From positions 1-64,000 of IMG/VR virus record IMGVR_UViG_3300005095_000072: DNA of 64,000 nucleotides; one strand, given 5' to 3'. The translations under genes were made by a program, and so were the position numbers. The first letter of the stretch is position 1. Each line of letters begins with the position of its first letter. This document shows positions 1 to 10,034 of this stretch, in pieces. Origin of the DNA: a virus. Under the pieces are notes generated by a model. The model was not told where the DNA came from and made no database searches. It saw only the letters and a program-made list of their open reading frames with translations.

Positions 1-534
1 GATATTTTAACTTTAAATAATACTATTACTGAAAAGATAAATGGATTAAATATTAGAAATAATAACGGGATTATCGAAGATTTAAATGGTAATATATTTA
101 CAGCTCCTTTAATAGATATACAAATAAGACCACAAGCTGAAGAAACAGCAGAAGCTAATCAATTTGAAACTTTAAATCTAGATTTATTAGATTATACCAT
201 AGGTAATATTGAACGTATTCAGCAAGATGATGGTGAAGATTATATTCTTATTGAAGAAGATGGTATTTATGATTTCTTTATTCGAATAAATTTATATCAC
301 GATTTATATAGAGCTATATATTTGACAAAAAATGATGAGGTTATAGCAGGTAGTTTTTCACAAATAACCGACGATACTTCAAATGAAAATACTTGGGCAT
401 CTCTTGTTTCATATGCTACAGTAATATGTAATCCTGGTGATAAATTAAAAGTTAAGTATAGAACTAAAAGTGATTATGGAAATTGGAATGTTGTTAAAGT
501 TAGAAGAATAGGAGTTTTAAATGTTAATGACTGA
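1..534 (+). CDS. C-terminal part of a tail fibre / receptor-binding protein (5'-truncated by window edge)
   Basis: Frame 1 is open from base 1 to the TGA ending at 534; beta-rich C-terminus; followed by a chaperone-like ORF, as the next two fibres are. Confidence 0.6.
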   Translation, partial: DILTLNNTITEKINGLNIRNNNGIIEDLNGNIFTAPLIDIQIRPQAEETAEANQFETLNLDLLDYTIGNIERIQQDDGEDYILIEEDGIYDFFIRINLYHDLYRAIYLTKNDEVIAGSFSQITDDTSNENTWASLVSYATVICNPGDKLKVKYRTKSDYGNWNVVKVRRIGVLNVND

Positions 535-1069
535 TAGAGAATTATTTTCAAAAACAATAAGATTTTTTTGTAAAAATACTGGATTCATTATTAAAGAAGG
601 TATATTAAAATACGAAAATATAAAATTAAAAAAGAAAAATATAAATTTACCTTCTAAAGAGGAATTTGAACAAAAATATATAGAATTTGAATTACAAAAT
701 AATTTAAATAATAAATATAATTCTTGTTCTTCTTATATTTATAAATATTACTCAAGTGTTAAACAACAATCTGACTTAGCAGATAAACTTCAATATGAGG
801 TTATATTAAAAGCTAAAGAAGATGAAAATGGTGAACTAATTTATCCTAACTTAGAAAAGAATATCTTAGATAGGATAGTTAGATTTAATAACGGTGAAAG
901 TTTAGAAGATATTATATCTGATATAACGGATGAAGATAAAATAGCTTTTGAACAATTAATTAAAGTAGGTATTAGAGTTAGTTGGGTTCAATCTTGTAAA
1001 CAAGAACTTAAATTAGCTATACAGGAAAATAGAGAACCTAATTATCCTAATTATCCAGAAGGAGTATAA
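521..1069 (+). CDS. putative tail fibre assembly/chaperone protein
   Basis: GGAG RBS; directly follows a fibre gene; helical with a Pro-rich C-terminus (PNYPNYPE) typical of fibre chaperones. Confidence 0.5.
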   Translation: MLMTDRELFSKTIRFFCKNTGFIIKEGILKYENIKLKKKNINLPSKEEFEQKYIEFELQNNLNNKYNSCSSYIYKYYSSVKQQSDLADKLQYEVILKAKEDENGELIYPNLEKNILDRIVRFNNGESLEDIISDITDEDKIAFEQLIKVGIRVSWVQSCKQELKLAIQENREPNYPNYPEGV

Positions 1070-2332
1070 ATGGCTAGTGTTATAAAAAGTAAACAAGGTA
1101 ATATGATTATAGATAGTACAGGTGTTGATTCTATATTAGAATTTAAAGAAAATGGAATCCCTAAGTTTACATCTCAAGATTTATTAAATAATCTTAATGA
1201 TGTAAACATTTTAAAAGAAAAACCATTAAAGTTTGATAAAACAGTAACAGTAGGTAATAGTGGAGATTACGGAAGTATAAATGAGGCATTAGAAGCCTTA
1301 AGCGAGTATTTTCCACTGTATAAAGCAGGTGGAGTAAATGTAGAAATAAAGTTATTAGCTGGGTTCGTTATGAGAGAACAAGTTATAGTTAATGGTATAG
1401 ATTTAGGATTTATTACTATAACTGGGGAGGATGATGAGACTGTAATAAGTAGAGAAAGTTTAACATTTAAAGTTTCTGATTTAATAGATGAAGATCCTGA
1501 TGAAAGATATCCAGCATTTAGTGCTATAAGAGGAGCTACTTTACCTAAAATAGGTCAATTATTTAATATGGATACGACTGGAGAAGATGGCAAAGAATAT
1601 AATGGTTTATTTGCTATTAATAATTCAAATATTTTAGTTTTACCTTATTGCGGTGTTAAAAATGCTAGTGCATACGGTGCTTTAATTTATATAGGCTCAA
1701 AAATGGTCGCTCATTATGGAATATTTACAGGATGTGGTAAGTATGGAATTAGAGTAATAAGAAGTTCAATCCTTGAAGCTAGATATGTGGATGTTAGTAA
1801 TTCTTATATAGGAATACGAGTTGATTATGCTTCTACTGCTCAAATAGATAGTTCTATTGGTAATGATTGTGATTATGCTGGTTTATATATTAAAAACGCA
1901 AGTATAGTATCAGCATATTCATCAAGTTATAAAAATTCTGGAGTTTTAGGCGTATATTTTATAAGTTCACACGGTGATATAAGTTTATCTGATATTACAG
2001 ATTCTGGAACATATGGTTTAAGTTCAACTTATGGATCTATTGTAAATGCAACATCTGTTAATGTTTCTGGGGCAGGTTCGTACGGTGCCCGGGCTTACAA
2101 AAATTCAATATTAAACATTAGTAGCGGCGTTAGTAGAAATTGTGGTAGTTTAAGTATTGTTGCTGAAAGAGGATGTTATATAAATGCTAATGAAACAGAT
2201 TGCCAATCTAATGGTGATAATGAGTATTATGTTGGAGATACTGGTATTATAGATATATCTGGTTATACTGGTGATGCTAGAACTAATGTATCTACAAACA
2301 GTTGGAGTGCTTCTGGTGCTATTAATAATTAA
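1070..2332 (+). CDS. tail fibre/spike protein with right-handed beta-helix (pectin-lyase-like) repeats
   Basis: TVGNSGDYGSINEAL motif followed by regular G/S/N-rich ~22-aa beta-helix repeats. Confidence 0.7.
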   Translation: MASVIKSKQGNMIIDSTGVDSILEFKENGIPKFTSQDLLNNLNDVNILKEKPLKFDKTVTVGNSGDYGSINEALEALSEYFPLYKAGGVNVEIKLLAGFVMREQVIVNGIDLGFITITGEDDETVISRESLTFKVSDLIDEDPDERYPAFSAIRGATLPKIGQLFNMDTTGEDGKEYNGLFAINNSNILVLPYCGVKNASAYGALIYIGSKMVAHYGIFTGCGKYGIRVIRSSILEARYVDVSNSYIGIRVDYASTAQIDSSIGNDCDYAGLYIKNASIVSAYSSSYKNSGVLGVYFISSHGDISLSDITDSGTYGLSSTYGSIVNATSVNVSGAGSYGARAYKNSILNISSGVSRNCGSLSIVAERGCYINANETDCQSNGDNEYYVGDTGIIDISGYTGDARTNVSTNSWSASGAINN

Positions 2333-2347
2333 ACAAGAGGAGAGTAA

Positions 2348-2800
2348 ATGTACGCATATACAATAACTCATACTGGTAAAGTATGGTTAATAGATGATAG
2401 TCAAGAAGGTGTAGTTATACCACCTTGGTGTTATAATAAAGAAGGTTATCATGTAGTAGAAGAACTACCACAAGATATCAAAGACTTATTAGAACAAGAA
2501 GAAAGAGCTAAAGAGATTGAAAAGTTAAAAGATGAATTTAACGAAGGTATTATTAAATACTTAAATTCAACTTGTTTAGAATATGGTTTTACAGGTGATA
2601 GTCAAACTCAACCTTTTAGAGCTGTTGCAAACTATGTTGGTTTTGATAACGAATATAGAGAGATAGCAGAAAAGTTAGGGGCGTGGATAGCGTCTGTATT
2701 TAAAGTTGCTGAGGCTATTGAAGCTGATGTATTAGCAGGTAATAGAGAGATGCCAACACTCGATGAAGTATTAGCAGAATTACCTGTATTCCAAGAATAG
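2348..2800 (+). CDS. putative tail fibre assembly protein
   Basis: Follows a fibre gene; C-terminal PTLDEVLAELP motif common in phage fibre-associated proteins. Confidence 0.55.
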   Translation: MYAYTITHTGKVWLIDDSQEGVVIPPWCYNKEGYHVVEELPQDIKDLLEQEERAKEIEKLKDEFNEGIIKYLNSTCLEYGFTGDSQTQPFRAVANYVGFDNEYREIAEKLGAWIASVFKVAEAIEADVLAGNREMPTLDEVLAELPVFQE

Positions 2801-2810
2801 GGGTATAAAT

Positions 2811-5327
2811 ATGGGATTAGAACTTAAAAGTCAAAACGGTTCTTTAATAATAAATCCTGAAGATGGTAATGATATACAAGAAATTATATTACCACGTTCA
2901 GGTGTATATGGAAAAGATCAAGTTTATAATAAAGAAGAGATTAATAAATTTCCTAGAGTATCTACTATCGTTAATAATGCTTTATTAAACCCTGAATCTA
3001 TCAATATTTCAAATACAGAAATTAAAAAAGCTCATGCAGTAGTCACTTATACAGGTAATGGTGATACACAAGCTATTAATACTGGTATAAGTTCAGTAGA
3101 TTTTACACAATCTAATAATGGTAGCGGTAATAATGGTAGCGGATATTATCACGATAGAAATGCTGGTGATTGTATAGTAAAAAATGACGCAGGTAGTATT
3201 ATAGAAGAAGGTGAATGTAAAGTAAATTTAAGTAAAGTACATATAAAATGTAGAAGTGATGCTTTTGACAATATAGTTTTTGATGGATTACGAGGAGTTA
3301 GTAAATATATATTTACTAATAAATCAGATAGTGAAGGTTCAGGAACAACAAATGTCTTACAAGAGTTTAATGGTTCTGGTGTTGTTTTGGGTAATGGCGA
3401 TGATCAAAACAAAGATGGTAGTACATATATGTTATATCAAACATTATACACTCATATTAGATGGGGTAAAACTAACCATAATAGAAGATTTATAGAAGCT
3501 TATAACCCTATAACAAAAGAAGGTATGATAATCTATGGTGGTAGCGGTATCCAAAATCATGAAATACCACATAGTATGCAAACTGAAATAGATTTTGCTA
3601 TCGTTAAATCTTTAACACAAAGTAGACAATGGAACGGTGGTATAACAGGGAGTAGTAGATTAACAAAAACATATTGGAATGCTGGAAGTGAGTATAATAA
3701 CATTGCTTGTGTTTTAAACACCGAGAATCCAATTTTATCCACTTACAGTATGGACACACAGACAAACGGTGATGGTGATGTTTATATAGTTTACTATAAT
3801 TGCAATTCAGAAACTTTTATATCAGGAACGTATGTAGGTGATGGTAGCCATACGAGTATAATAAAAACTAAAAATTTATTAGGTGAAAATGTAAAACTAA
3901 GAAATCTTATAATTAAAAATATAAATAATATTGGATCTTGGAATCTCTTTGATACTTCTCGAGGTGATAATTTAAGATTGCAATTAAACGACTCCGTAGG
4001 TGAAGATACAATTGAATGTAAAATAAATAATGGATATTTTATTCCTAAACATTCAGGGTTAAATACACCAGGAACACAATATTTTTATTATGGTTATATA
4101 GATACTAATGCTAGTGAAATACCTGATGATACTTACTATAATCAACCTACAGATAACACTAACTTATTAATAAATCAAGGTAATTTTAGTTATACTAATG
4201 GTTTAGATATAAATGGTTATAAAAAAGAAAATGAAATATATACCGGAACTGTTTTAACTAATAATGATCTAGAAGGATTAAAATGGGTAGGTAAATATAA
4301 AAATAGTAATAGTTATAGATTTGAAGATAGAAGACCTAATGTAGGTATATATGAAAAAGAAGATGCTGATGATAATAGATTAGTGTTTCTACCTGAAACT
4401 GGTAAATTTTATGAAACATCGGGTGGTGATTTAATTACTAATGGAAAATTTGACAAAAATTTAGACGGCTGGTTTGCTGGGGAGGGAAGTGAAATATCAT
4501 TAGTAGATAATGGTATAAAAGTAAAAGTCACAGATACAACTTCCATTGCGTGGTCTGAAGGTAAAACATTAGTAAGACTTAAAAAAGGTGAAAAATATAA
4601 ATTAAAATTCACTAAAACTGAAGACGGTGGGTCAACATACGGTGGTTATATAGCTATAAATAACGAAATTGATTTTATAACAGAATATTTAGGTCCAGGG
4701 AATCTAGGAACGTTTGAGTATACCTTTACAGCTCAAACAACAGGAGAAGTTGAACTTGTTATTCGTGTACGTGAAGCCGGAGGAGATATAGGAGATTATA
4801 TAGTAATTGATGACATATCTCTATTTAAAGCTGAACCTGATATATCAGATACACCAATAGACCCTATTTCCTTTTTACCTTATCCAGTATATTTTGAAAA
4901 CGGTATACCGCAAAAAATAGAAACAAATGATATGTTACCTATAAATATATTAAAAAATCTAGAAGTTGTAGAAGATATCAAAGCTAGAAATATATATGCT
5001 GATAATTTATTTGGACAAGGATATGAATGGGTTGATGAAACTGATAAAAAAAGAATGGATGTTAATTATTTTAACGATTCTGATTATCCTATTTTTGTAT
5101 CTGTATATTTAAGAGATGATGGTGATAGTGATATTAGTTATTTTCATTCTTTATTAAAAGTAGATAACTTACTTGTAGACAGGCATGGATCAAATTCTAT
5201 TGGATCTAGTGTAGGATTTACTGTCAGTGGACTTGTACCCCCGAAATCTTATTATAGAGTGTATACAATTAGTAATGGTGCAACTAAAATAGAATTTTGG
5301 AAAGAATATAGAAAGGTTAAGAAATGA
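2811..5327 (+). CDS. long tail fibre protein with carbohydrate-binding-like module
   Basis: Repeated YTGNG/YGGSG/YVGDG units, an LITNGKFD..LDGW...IDDISL CBM-like domain, and a fibre-type C-terminus (GQGYEWVD..YFNDSDYPIFVSV). Confidence 0.7.
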   Translation: MGLELKSQNGSLIINPEDGNDIQEIILPRSGVYGKDQVYNKEEINKFPRVSTIVNNALLNPESINISNTEIKKAHAVVTYTGNGDTQAINTGISSVDFTQSNNGSGNNGSGYYHDRNAGDCIVKNDAGSIIEEGECKVNLSKVHIKCRSDAFDNIVFDGLRGVSKYIFTNKSDSEGSGTTNVLQEFNGSGVVLGNGDDQNKDGSTYMLYQTLYTHIRWGKTNHNRRFIEAYNPITKEGMIIYGGSGIQNHEIPHSMQTEIDFAIVKSLTQSRQWNGGITGSSRLTKTYWNAGSEYNNIACVLNTENPILSTYSMDTQTNGDGDVYIVYYNCNSETFISGTYVGDGSHTSIIKTKNLLGENVKLRNLIIKNINNIGSWNLFDTSRGDNLRLQLNDSVGEDTIECKINNGYFIPKHSGLNTPGTQYFYYGYIDTNASEIPDDTYYNQPTDNTNLLINQGNFSYTNGLDINGYKKENEIYTGTVLTNNDLEGLKWVGKYKNSNSYRFEDRRPNVGIYEKEDADDNRLVFLPETGKFYETSGGDLITNGKFDKNLDGWFAGEGSEISLVDNGIKVKVTDTTSIAWSEGKTLVRLKKGEKYKLKFTKTEDGGSTYGGYIAINNEIDFITEYLGPGNLGTFEYTFTAQTTGEVELVIRVREAGGDIGDYIVIDDISLFKAEPDISDTPIDPISFLPYPVYFENGIPQKIETNDMLPINILKNLEVVEDIKARNIYADNLFGQGYEWVDETDKKRMDVNYFNDSDYPIFVSVYLRDDGDSDISYFHSLLKVDNLLVDRHGSNSIGSSVGFTVSGLVPPKSYYRVYTISNGATKIEFWKEYRKVKK
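3113..3142 (+). repeat. perfect 15-nt tandem duplication (TAATAATGGTAGCGG x2; NNGSG x2) inside the tail fibre gene
   Basis: Directly visible in the sequence. Confidence 0.85.
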
Positions 5328-5983
5328 TTAAATACTATATAGATGAAAATAATAACTTATACGCCAATCCTTTAAATACAGAAGGATTGACTGAATATGA
5401 GTTCCCAATATGGAATGGTAAACCTTTACCACAACATAAGAATTTAGATCAAGTTCAAAAAGATGAAAATAGCAACTATTATGATCTATATAACGAAGAT
5501 GGGACACCTAAATTAGATGAAATTATAGTTAATTTAAAGAAAAAACTTAATAAACAAATTCTTTCTATTTCTAAAGATAAACTTTCTAAAGCTGAAAAAA
5601 TAGTATCTGAAAATCCTAGTTACACAGAGGATTATTTTGGTAAAGTTTATCAGCGTAAATATGAAAGAGCTGTAGATTGTATTACCAATGACGCTAATTG
5701 TGATAAACTTCAAAATCAAGCGGATTCTTTTAACTTAGATGTTAAAGATTACGCTCAATTAGTTATCAACATGCACGATTTATGGTATGATAAATTAGAT
5801 TCTTTTATAGACTTAATCGAATACACTCGTGTTAAGCTTAGAGATATTGTAAACACTTCTACAGATTTAGATTTACTATCTAGGATTAAAAACTCACTAT
5901 CAACTTTAAAAGATGAATTCGACGATTCAACAACTAGAGAGGATATCGATGTTTTCATAGATAATTTAGTAAGCAGTGAGTAG
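5324..5983 (+). CDS. putative tail fibre assembly/chaperone protein
   Basis: Overlaps the fibre stop (ATGA); helical; same fibre+chaperone pairing as upstream. Confidence 0.5.
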   Translation: MIKYYIDENNNLYANPLNTEGLTEYEFPIWNGKPLPQHKNLDQVQKDENSNYYDLYNEDGTPKLDEIIVNLKKKLNKQILSISKDKLSKAEKIVSENPSYTEDYFGKVYQRKYERAVDCITNDANCDKLQNQADSFNLDVKDYAQLVINMHDLWYDKLDSFIDLIEYTRVKLRDIVNTSTDLDLLSRIKNSLSTLKDEFDDSTTREDIDVFIDNLVSSE

Positions 5984-5993
5984 AGGAGGGGTA

Positions 5994-6464
5994 GTGAAAA
6001 AAAGAACATTATCTATAGCTTTTTATAAAGGAGATGGGAGTATTATAGATAAGGTTATAAGAAAATGGACTAAGTCTAGTTATTCTCATGTAGAAATTCT
6101 AATTAACACAAATAATTTCTTTTCAAGCTCCTGGAGAGATAAAGGAGTTAGATATAAAGTCTTTATCCCTGCTCCTAAAAACTGGGATATATATGAATTG
6201 TCTGTTTTAACAGAAGAACAATATAATTCATTTATATCTTTTTTTATGCAGACTTGCAGATGTAAATATGATTTAACAAATATATTTTTAACTCAGTTTA
6301 TATCTTTAAATTTAGAGAATCCAAATAAGTATATATGTTCTGAGTGGTGTGGAACTGTTTTAGATTTATTAAAAATTGTTAAAGTAGACCTTCCTTATAA
6401 ATATAATCCTGAAAATCTTTTTCAACTACTAAGAAGTCAAGGTTTTATTAAAAATGAGTTATAA
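5994..6464 (+). CDS. permuted papain-like (NlpC/P60, YiiX/YebB-like) amidase
   Basis: YSHVEI ... YDL ... YICSEW (His before Cys, permuted order); GTG start after GGAGGG. Confidence 0.7.
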   Translation: MKKRTLSIAFYKGDGSIIDKVIRKWTKSSYSHVEILINTNNFFSSSWRDKGVRYKVFIPAPKNWDIYELSVLTEEQYNSFISFFMQTCRCKYDLTNIFLTQFISLNLENPNKYICSEWCGTVLDLLKIVKVDLPYKYNPENLFQLLRSQGFIKNEL

Positions 6465-6894
6465 TGATAGAATTATGGTGGAGACAAAAATAATGGAAGA
6501 AGCTAAACTAGAAGAGTTTATTGAGATGAAACAGATGTTAAAATCTCTTGCTAATGATATGCATGAGATAAAAGAAAGTCAGAAGCAACTTGTAGAAATA
6601 GCATTTGAACAGAGAGCTATTAGGGATGAATTTTCTCAACAAAGAGTAGATATTGAAGCTAAAATAAAAAGAGTTCATAGCAGAATTGATAAAATTACTG
6701 ATAAACTAGATGAACTTGAAAAGAGAGAAATAGAATTAGATAAGCGAGAGGTTGTTATAGATAGTTTAGTTTTAAAAGTAAAAGACTTAGAAAATATAAA
6801 GAGGGAAGTAGCAGTTTTTATGTTTAAGTTCTTTGGAACTATAATTTTAACAGGTTCATTAGTTGGTTTTATTATATTTAAGTTAGTTAAGTAA
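6454..6894 (+). CDS. coiled-coil protein with C-terminal transmembrane helix (lysis-associated)
   Basis: Heptad pattern plus hydrophobic C-terminus; located upstream of the lysis genes. Confidence 0.5.
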   Translation: MSYNDRIMVETKIMEEAKLEEFIEMKQMLKSLANDMHEIKESQKQLVEIAFEQRAIRDEFSQQRVDIEAKIKRVHSRIDKITDKLDELEKREIELDKREVVIDSLVLKVKDLENIKREVAVFMFKFFGTIILTGSLVGFIIFKLVK

Positions 6895-6916
6895 AACAAA
6901 AATAAAGGAAGATAAA

Positions 6917-7234
6917 ATGAAAATTTTTAAAAAACAGTATTATATTCTAGGAGTTATATTAACTATAGTTATAGCTACAATTAATTATAATTATCTTAGT
7001 ACAAAAAGTGAAGTTAAAAAAGTAGAACAAGAAATATCGCAAATAGAAGAGTCTAATATGGAGTATGACTATGATAAAGAATTGTATTTCAAATGTAACA
7101 CAACTTTGATAGCTGATAGTGATAAAAGTATTAGCTATTGTGAGAATGTAGTGTGTAATGAACCCCTTTTATTAGGAGAGGATTTTTACTGTAAGAAAAA
7201 TCAAGAAGTAAATATAACAAAGGAAGAACAATGA
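6917..7234 (+). CDS. membrane-anchored periplasmic protein (antiholin-like candidate)
   Basis: N-terminal TM and 4 Cys in the soluble domain; immediately upstream of the holin. Confidence 0.4.
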   Translation: MKIFKKQYYILGVILTIVIATINYNYLSTKSEVKKVEQEISQIEESNMEYDYDKELYFKCNTTLIADSDKSISYCENVVCNEPLLLGEDFYCKKNQEVNITKEEQ

Positions 7235-7542
7235 ATAAAGAAGTATCAATATTTGATTGGAGTAGGTATAAAAGAATAATCCTATCTTTGATTATAGTAA
7301 CTACAGTATATTTTGCATTGTATAGTGAAGCTGTTTTAAGTTATCTTGCACCACAAGTACAAGTGGGTTTAGTAGGTATCATAAAAGCTTATATGGGAGC
7401 ATTGTTTGGGTTTATAGTAGCTCTTAAAGTTGCACCTGCTAAAGTAAATTGGAGTAAACCTATATTTAGTATAGAGTCAGGAGCATTTGTAAGAGTTATA
7501 CTTGTTTTAACTTTTATGTATGTGTCTATATATTATGCTTAA
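7231..7542 (+). CDS. putative holin
   Basis: 103 aa with three hydrophobic segments, just upstream of the endolysin. Confidence 0.6.
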   Translation: MNKEVSIFDWSRYKRIILSLIIVTTVYFALYSEAVLSYLAPQVQVGLVGIIKAYMGALFGFIVALKVAPAKVNWSKPIFSIESGAFVRVILVLTFMYVSIYYA

Positions 7543-7636
7543 GGAAGACAGACCCTAATGCAAAATATATAGGGGATAAGGATATAAATAGTGTTTTCTC
7601 TAAAGGAAACTATGATGAATATAATAGGAGATAAAA

Positions 7637-8257
7637 ATGACTAAAAAATGGTATTTGATTGTTGTAGTTCTATTGGTAGTTTTAGCAGATTTTAGTCATG
7701 CTTGGTCTTGCAAATGGACAGCTCCTTATTTTAGAAAATACACTAATCAGTATTTTGGTATAGATTACCCTTATCAATTATTTATAGCACAAGGAGCAAC
7801 TGAAAGTCATTGTAGAGCTAGAGTTATATCTAATGATGGAGTAGGTAGTCAAGGTATAGGACAGATAACTTGGAGATGGTGGAAACATAAGCTTAGAAAA
7901 CAAGATATACCTAATCTCAGAACTATTGATAACCAAACAAAAGCACAAGTTTATATAATGAAAGTTATGTATGATAGTATGAATAAAAAGCTACCTATCT
8001 GCTATAATAAAGGCTGGGTAGCTTTTCAAATGTATAATGGCGGTAATCTTGTTCTTAAAGAAGTTAAACGAGCTAAAGTGTGTAAGCATAATGTAGCTAA
8101 AATCTTTTGTAGAAGAAAGATAATCCATTTTAATAATGGAACTTCTAGGAGTGCTTGTAATATAAACTACAAGTATTCTGAGGAAATATATAGCAAAGCT
8201 AAAAGGTGGTATGGATACAACCCTGATTTATACAAAGGTAGGTGGAAATTTTGGTAA
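7637..8257 (+). CDS. endolysin, soluble lytic transglycosylase family, with N-terminal signal/SAR sequence
   Basis: SLT motifs AQGATES, GIGQIT, YNGG; hydrophobic N-terminus. Confidence 0.8.
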   Translation: MTKKWYLIVVVLLVVLADFSHAWSCKWTAPYFRKYTNQYFGIDYPYQLFIAQGATESHCRARVISNDGVGSQGIGQITWRWWKHKLRKQDIPNLRTIDNQTKAQVYIMKVMYDSMNKKLPICYNKGWVAFQMYNGGNLVLKEVKRAKVCKHNVAKIFCRRKIIHFNNGTSRSACNINYKYSEEIYSKAKRWYGYNPDLYKGRWKFW

Positions 8258-8267
8258 GGAAAACAAG

Positions 8268-8621
8268 ATGAACTATTTAAAGTTGATTTGGTCTTTTGTT
8301 AGTGATGGAAGTATATTATCTTATTTAACTATTGGGCTATTAGCTTTAAATGGGTTATCAATATATACTGCTAAAAAGTATTATGACAAATATACTATTT
8401 TAAATAATAACTACACAGTAACCCTAAACCAACTAAAAGAAGATTGTCAAGCTGAAAAAGATAAAATTTTAAAAGATTTAACCAACTGTAATGTAGCTAT
8501 GGATAATTTATCTGATTATGTAAATCAACAAGAACTTATAAAAAATAAAACTAAAAAAAGAAAAAGTTATATAAGAAAAAACTCTGTAAATGGGTATATA
8601 GATTTTATGGATATTCCTTAA
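8268..8621 (+). CDS. putative inner-membrane spanin (Rz-like)
   Basis: N-terminal TM plus coiled coil after the endolysin; AAGGA RBS before ATG 8268. Confidence 0.55.
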   Translation: MNYLKLIWSFVSDGSILSYLTIGLLALNGLSIYTAKKYYDKYTILNNNYTVTLNQLKEDCQAEKDKILKDLTNCNVAMDNLSDYVNQQELIKNKTKKRKSYIRKNSVNGYIDFMDIP

Positions 8622-8632
8622 GAGGTAAAGAG

Positions 8633-8944
8633 ATGAAAATAGTATATTATATATTAGTTACAATGCTTGTATTAAGCTTGAATAGTTGTGAGGGTAAGTC
8701 GAAGGTTGTAGAGAGTGGAAAAGTTATTATACCTGATTTCTTATTACAAGAAGAGAAAGAACCTAAAAAACCTAAAGTCCATCAAAAGTTAAAAACAGAA
8801 GTGGCAAACTATATAGTAGATTATAAAGAAAGTCTTGAAAATGCAAACCTTAAACTAAAATTTATTAGGTTTTTATATTACCTACAAATAGGAAAGGTAG
8901 ATAAACTATCTGATTTTACAAAAAATAAAAAGGAAGAACAATGA
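8633..8944 (+). CDS. putative outer-membrane spanin lipoprotein (Rz1-like)
   Basis: Signal peptide with lipobox LSLNSC, then Pro-containing segment IPDFLL..PKKP. Confidence 0.6.
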   Translation: MKIVYYILVTMLVLSLNSCEGKSKVVESGKVIIPDFLLQEEKEPKKPKVHQKLKTEVANYIVDYKESLENANLKLKFIRFLYYLQIGKVDKLSDFTKNKKEEQ

Positions 8945-9312
8945 AAATTATAGCAGGTGCAGTGAAAACTAAAGATGATGGATTACACAGTATAACCTTA
9001 GAAGACTATCCTGATAAAAGCTTTATGTATCATAGTCAGTTTAAAAAGTGGTACTGGAGATTTAAAGATGAGATGAATTGGCAAGAAGTTAAAGATAAAC
9101 AACTTATAAAAAGATTAGAAAAGTTAAAAGTGTCTATGTCATCTAAAGCTAGTGAAGATATAACAACTAGAGCTACTAAGAAATTGTTTGATATTTTATA
9201 TGCAGATAAAAAGAACATTTATAGTGTTGAGAAAATAGATTATAACAAGTTTAAGGTAGAGATTAAAGTAGACGGGAAAGTTGTTTCAGGGATAGTTGAG
9301 TTTAAGAAGTAA
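8941..9312 (+). CDS. hypothetical protein (MKIIA N-terminus)
   Basis: ORF with AAGGA RBS. Confidence 0.6.
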   Translation: MKIIAGAVKTKDDGLHSITLEDYPDKSFMYHSQFKKWYWRFKDEMNWQEVKDKQLIKRLEKLKVSMSSKASEDITTRATKKLFDILYADKKNIYSVEKIDYNKFKVEIKVDGKVVSGIVEFKK

Positions 9313-9324
9313 AAAGGAATAGTT

Positions 9325-9735
9325 ATGGCAATGTCTTTACAAAGTTTAGTAGGTAGAGTACCTAATTATCAAGATTTTAAGATAGAAGAAATAAGAGCTA
9401 AAGGCGGAACTGTAATCTCTTATAGAGATAGAGAAAATGGAAAAGCTTTAGAAACTTTAGATAAATTGATAAATATTTATACTTTTAAACCTTATTTAAA
9501 ACATTTAAAAGTTTTAAAAACAGATATGATACCTATGGGGGTAAATAAAGGACAGGTGTTAGTTCAAATAGGTTATCCAAATGTAGGAACTGATATAACA
9601 GAGCTACAAGCTTTGAAGTCTTTTATAGAAGATATGGAAAATAGCACAGATAAATTTGCTAAAGATTTATATTTAACAAACCCAACTATTGTAAAAGAGT
9701 CTATAAGAATATTAGGTAGAACACCTATTATATGA
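9325..9735 (+). CDS. hypothetical protein
   Basis: ORF with AAGGA RBS. Confidence 0.6.
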   Translation: MAMSLQSLVGRVPNYQDFKIEEIRAKGGTVISYRDRENGKALETLDKLINIYTFKPYLKHLKVLKTDMIPMGVNKGQVLVQIGYPNVGTDITELQALKSFIEDMENSTDKFAKDLYLTNPTIVKESIRILGRTPII

Positions 9736-9745
9736 AAGGTAAGTT

Positions 9746-10024
9746 ATGAAAATAATATCTTTAAGTTCAAAGAGTAGTAAAGAAACTTTTTACCCTTGTG
9801 ATGTTTTTGGGTTTAGGTATGTTATAACAGATGGAAAAGATATACTAAATCTTAACACAGGTGAAGTTAGAACTATATCACAATATAAAAAAGATATGAA
9901 AAGTTGTAAAAATAAATATGAGGATATCTATTTTCCAAGTAAGGAAAAAGCTTTAGAAACTTTTGAAAAAGCAGGAGGCAGTAAAGAATTTCCAACTTAT
10001 AAAGTATCTAAGGTATATTATTAA
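9746..10024 (+). CDS. hypothetical protein (MKIIS N-terminus)
   Basis: ORF with RBS, in operon. Confidence 0.55.
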   Translation: MKIISLSSKSSKETFYPCDVFGFRYVITDGKDILNLNTGEVRTISQYKKDMKSCKNKYEDIYFPSKEKALETFEKAGGSKEFPTYKVSKVYY

Positions 10025-10034
10025 AGGTTTAAAA

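Noticed and set aside
1-5983. Diversity-generating retroelement or invertible tail-fibre cassette
   Set aside because: No reverse transcriptase, TR/VR pair, invertase or inverted gene copies in the window.
7503-7634. Open -1 frame running ~30 codons past the holin stop (possible frameshift extension)
   Set aside because: No canonical in-frame X XXY YYZ slippery site or stimulatory structure; could be chance.
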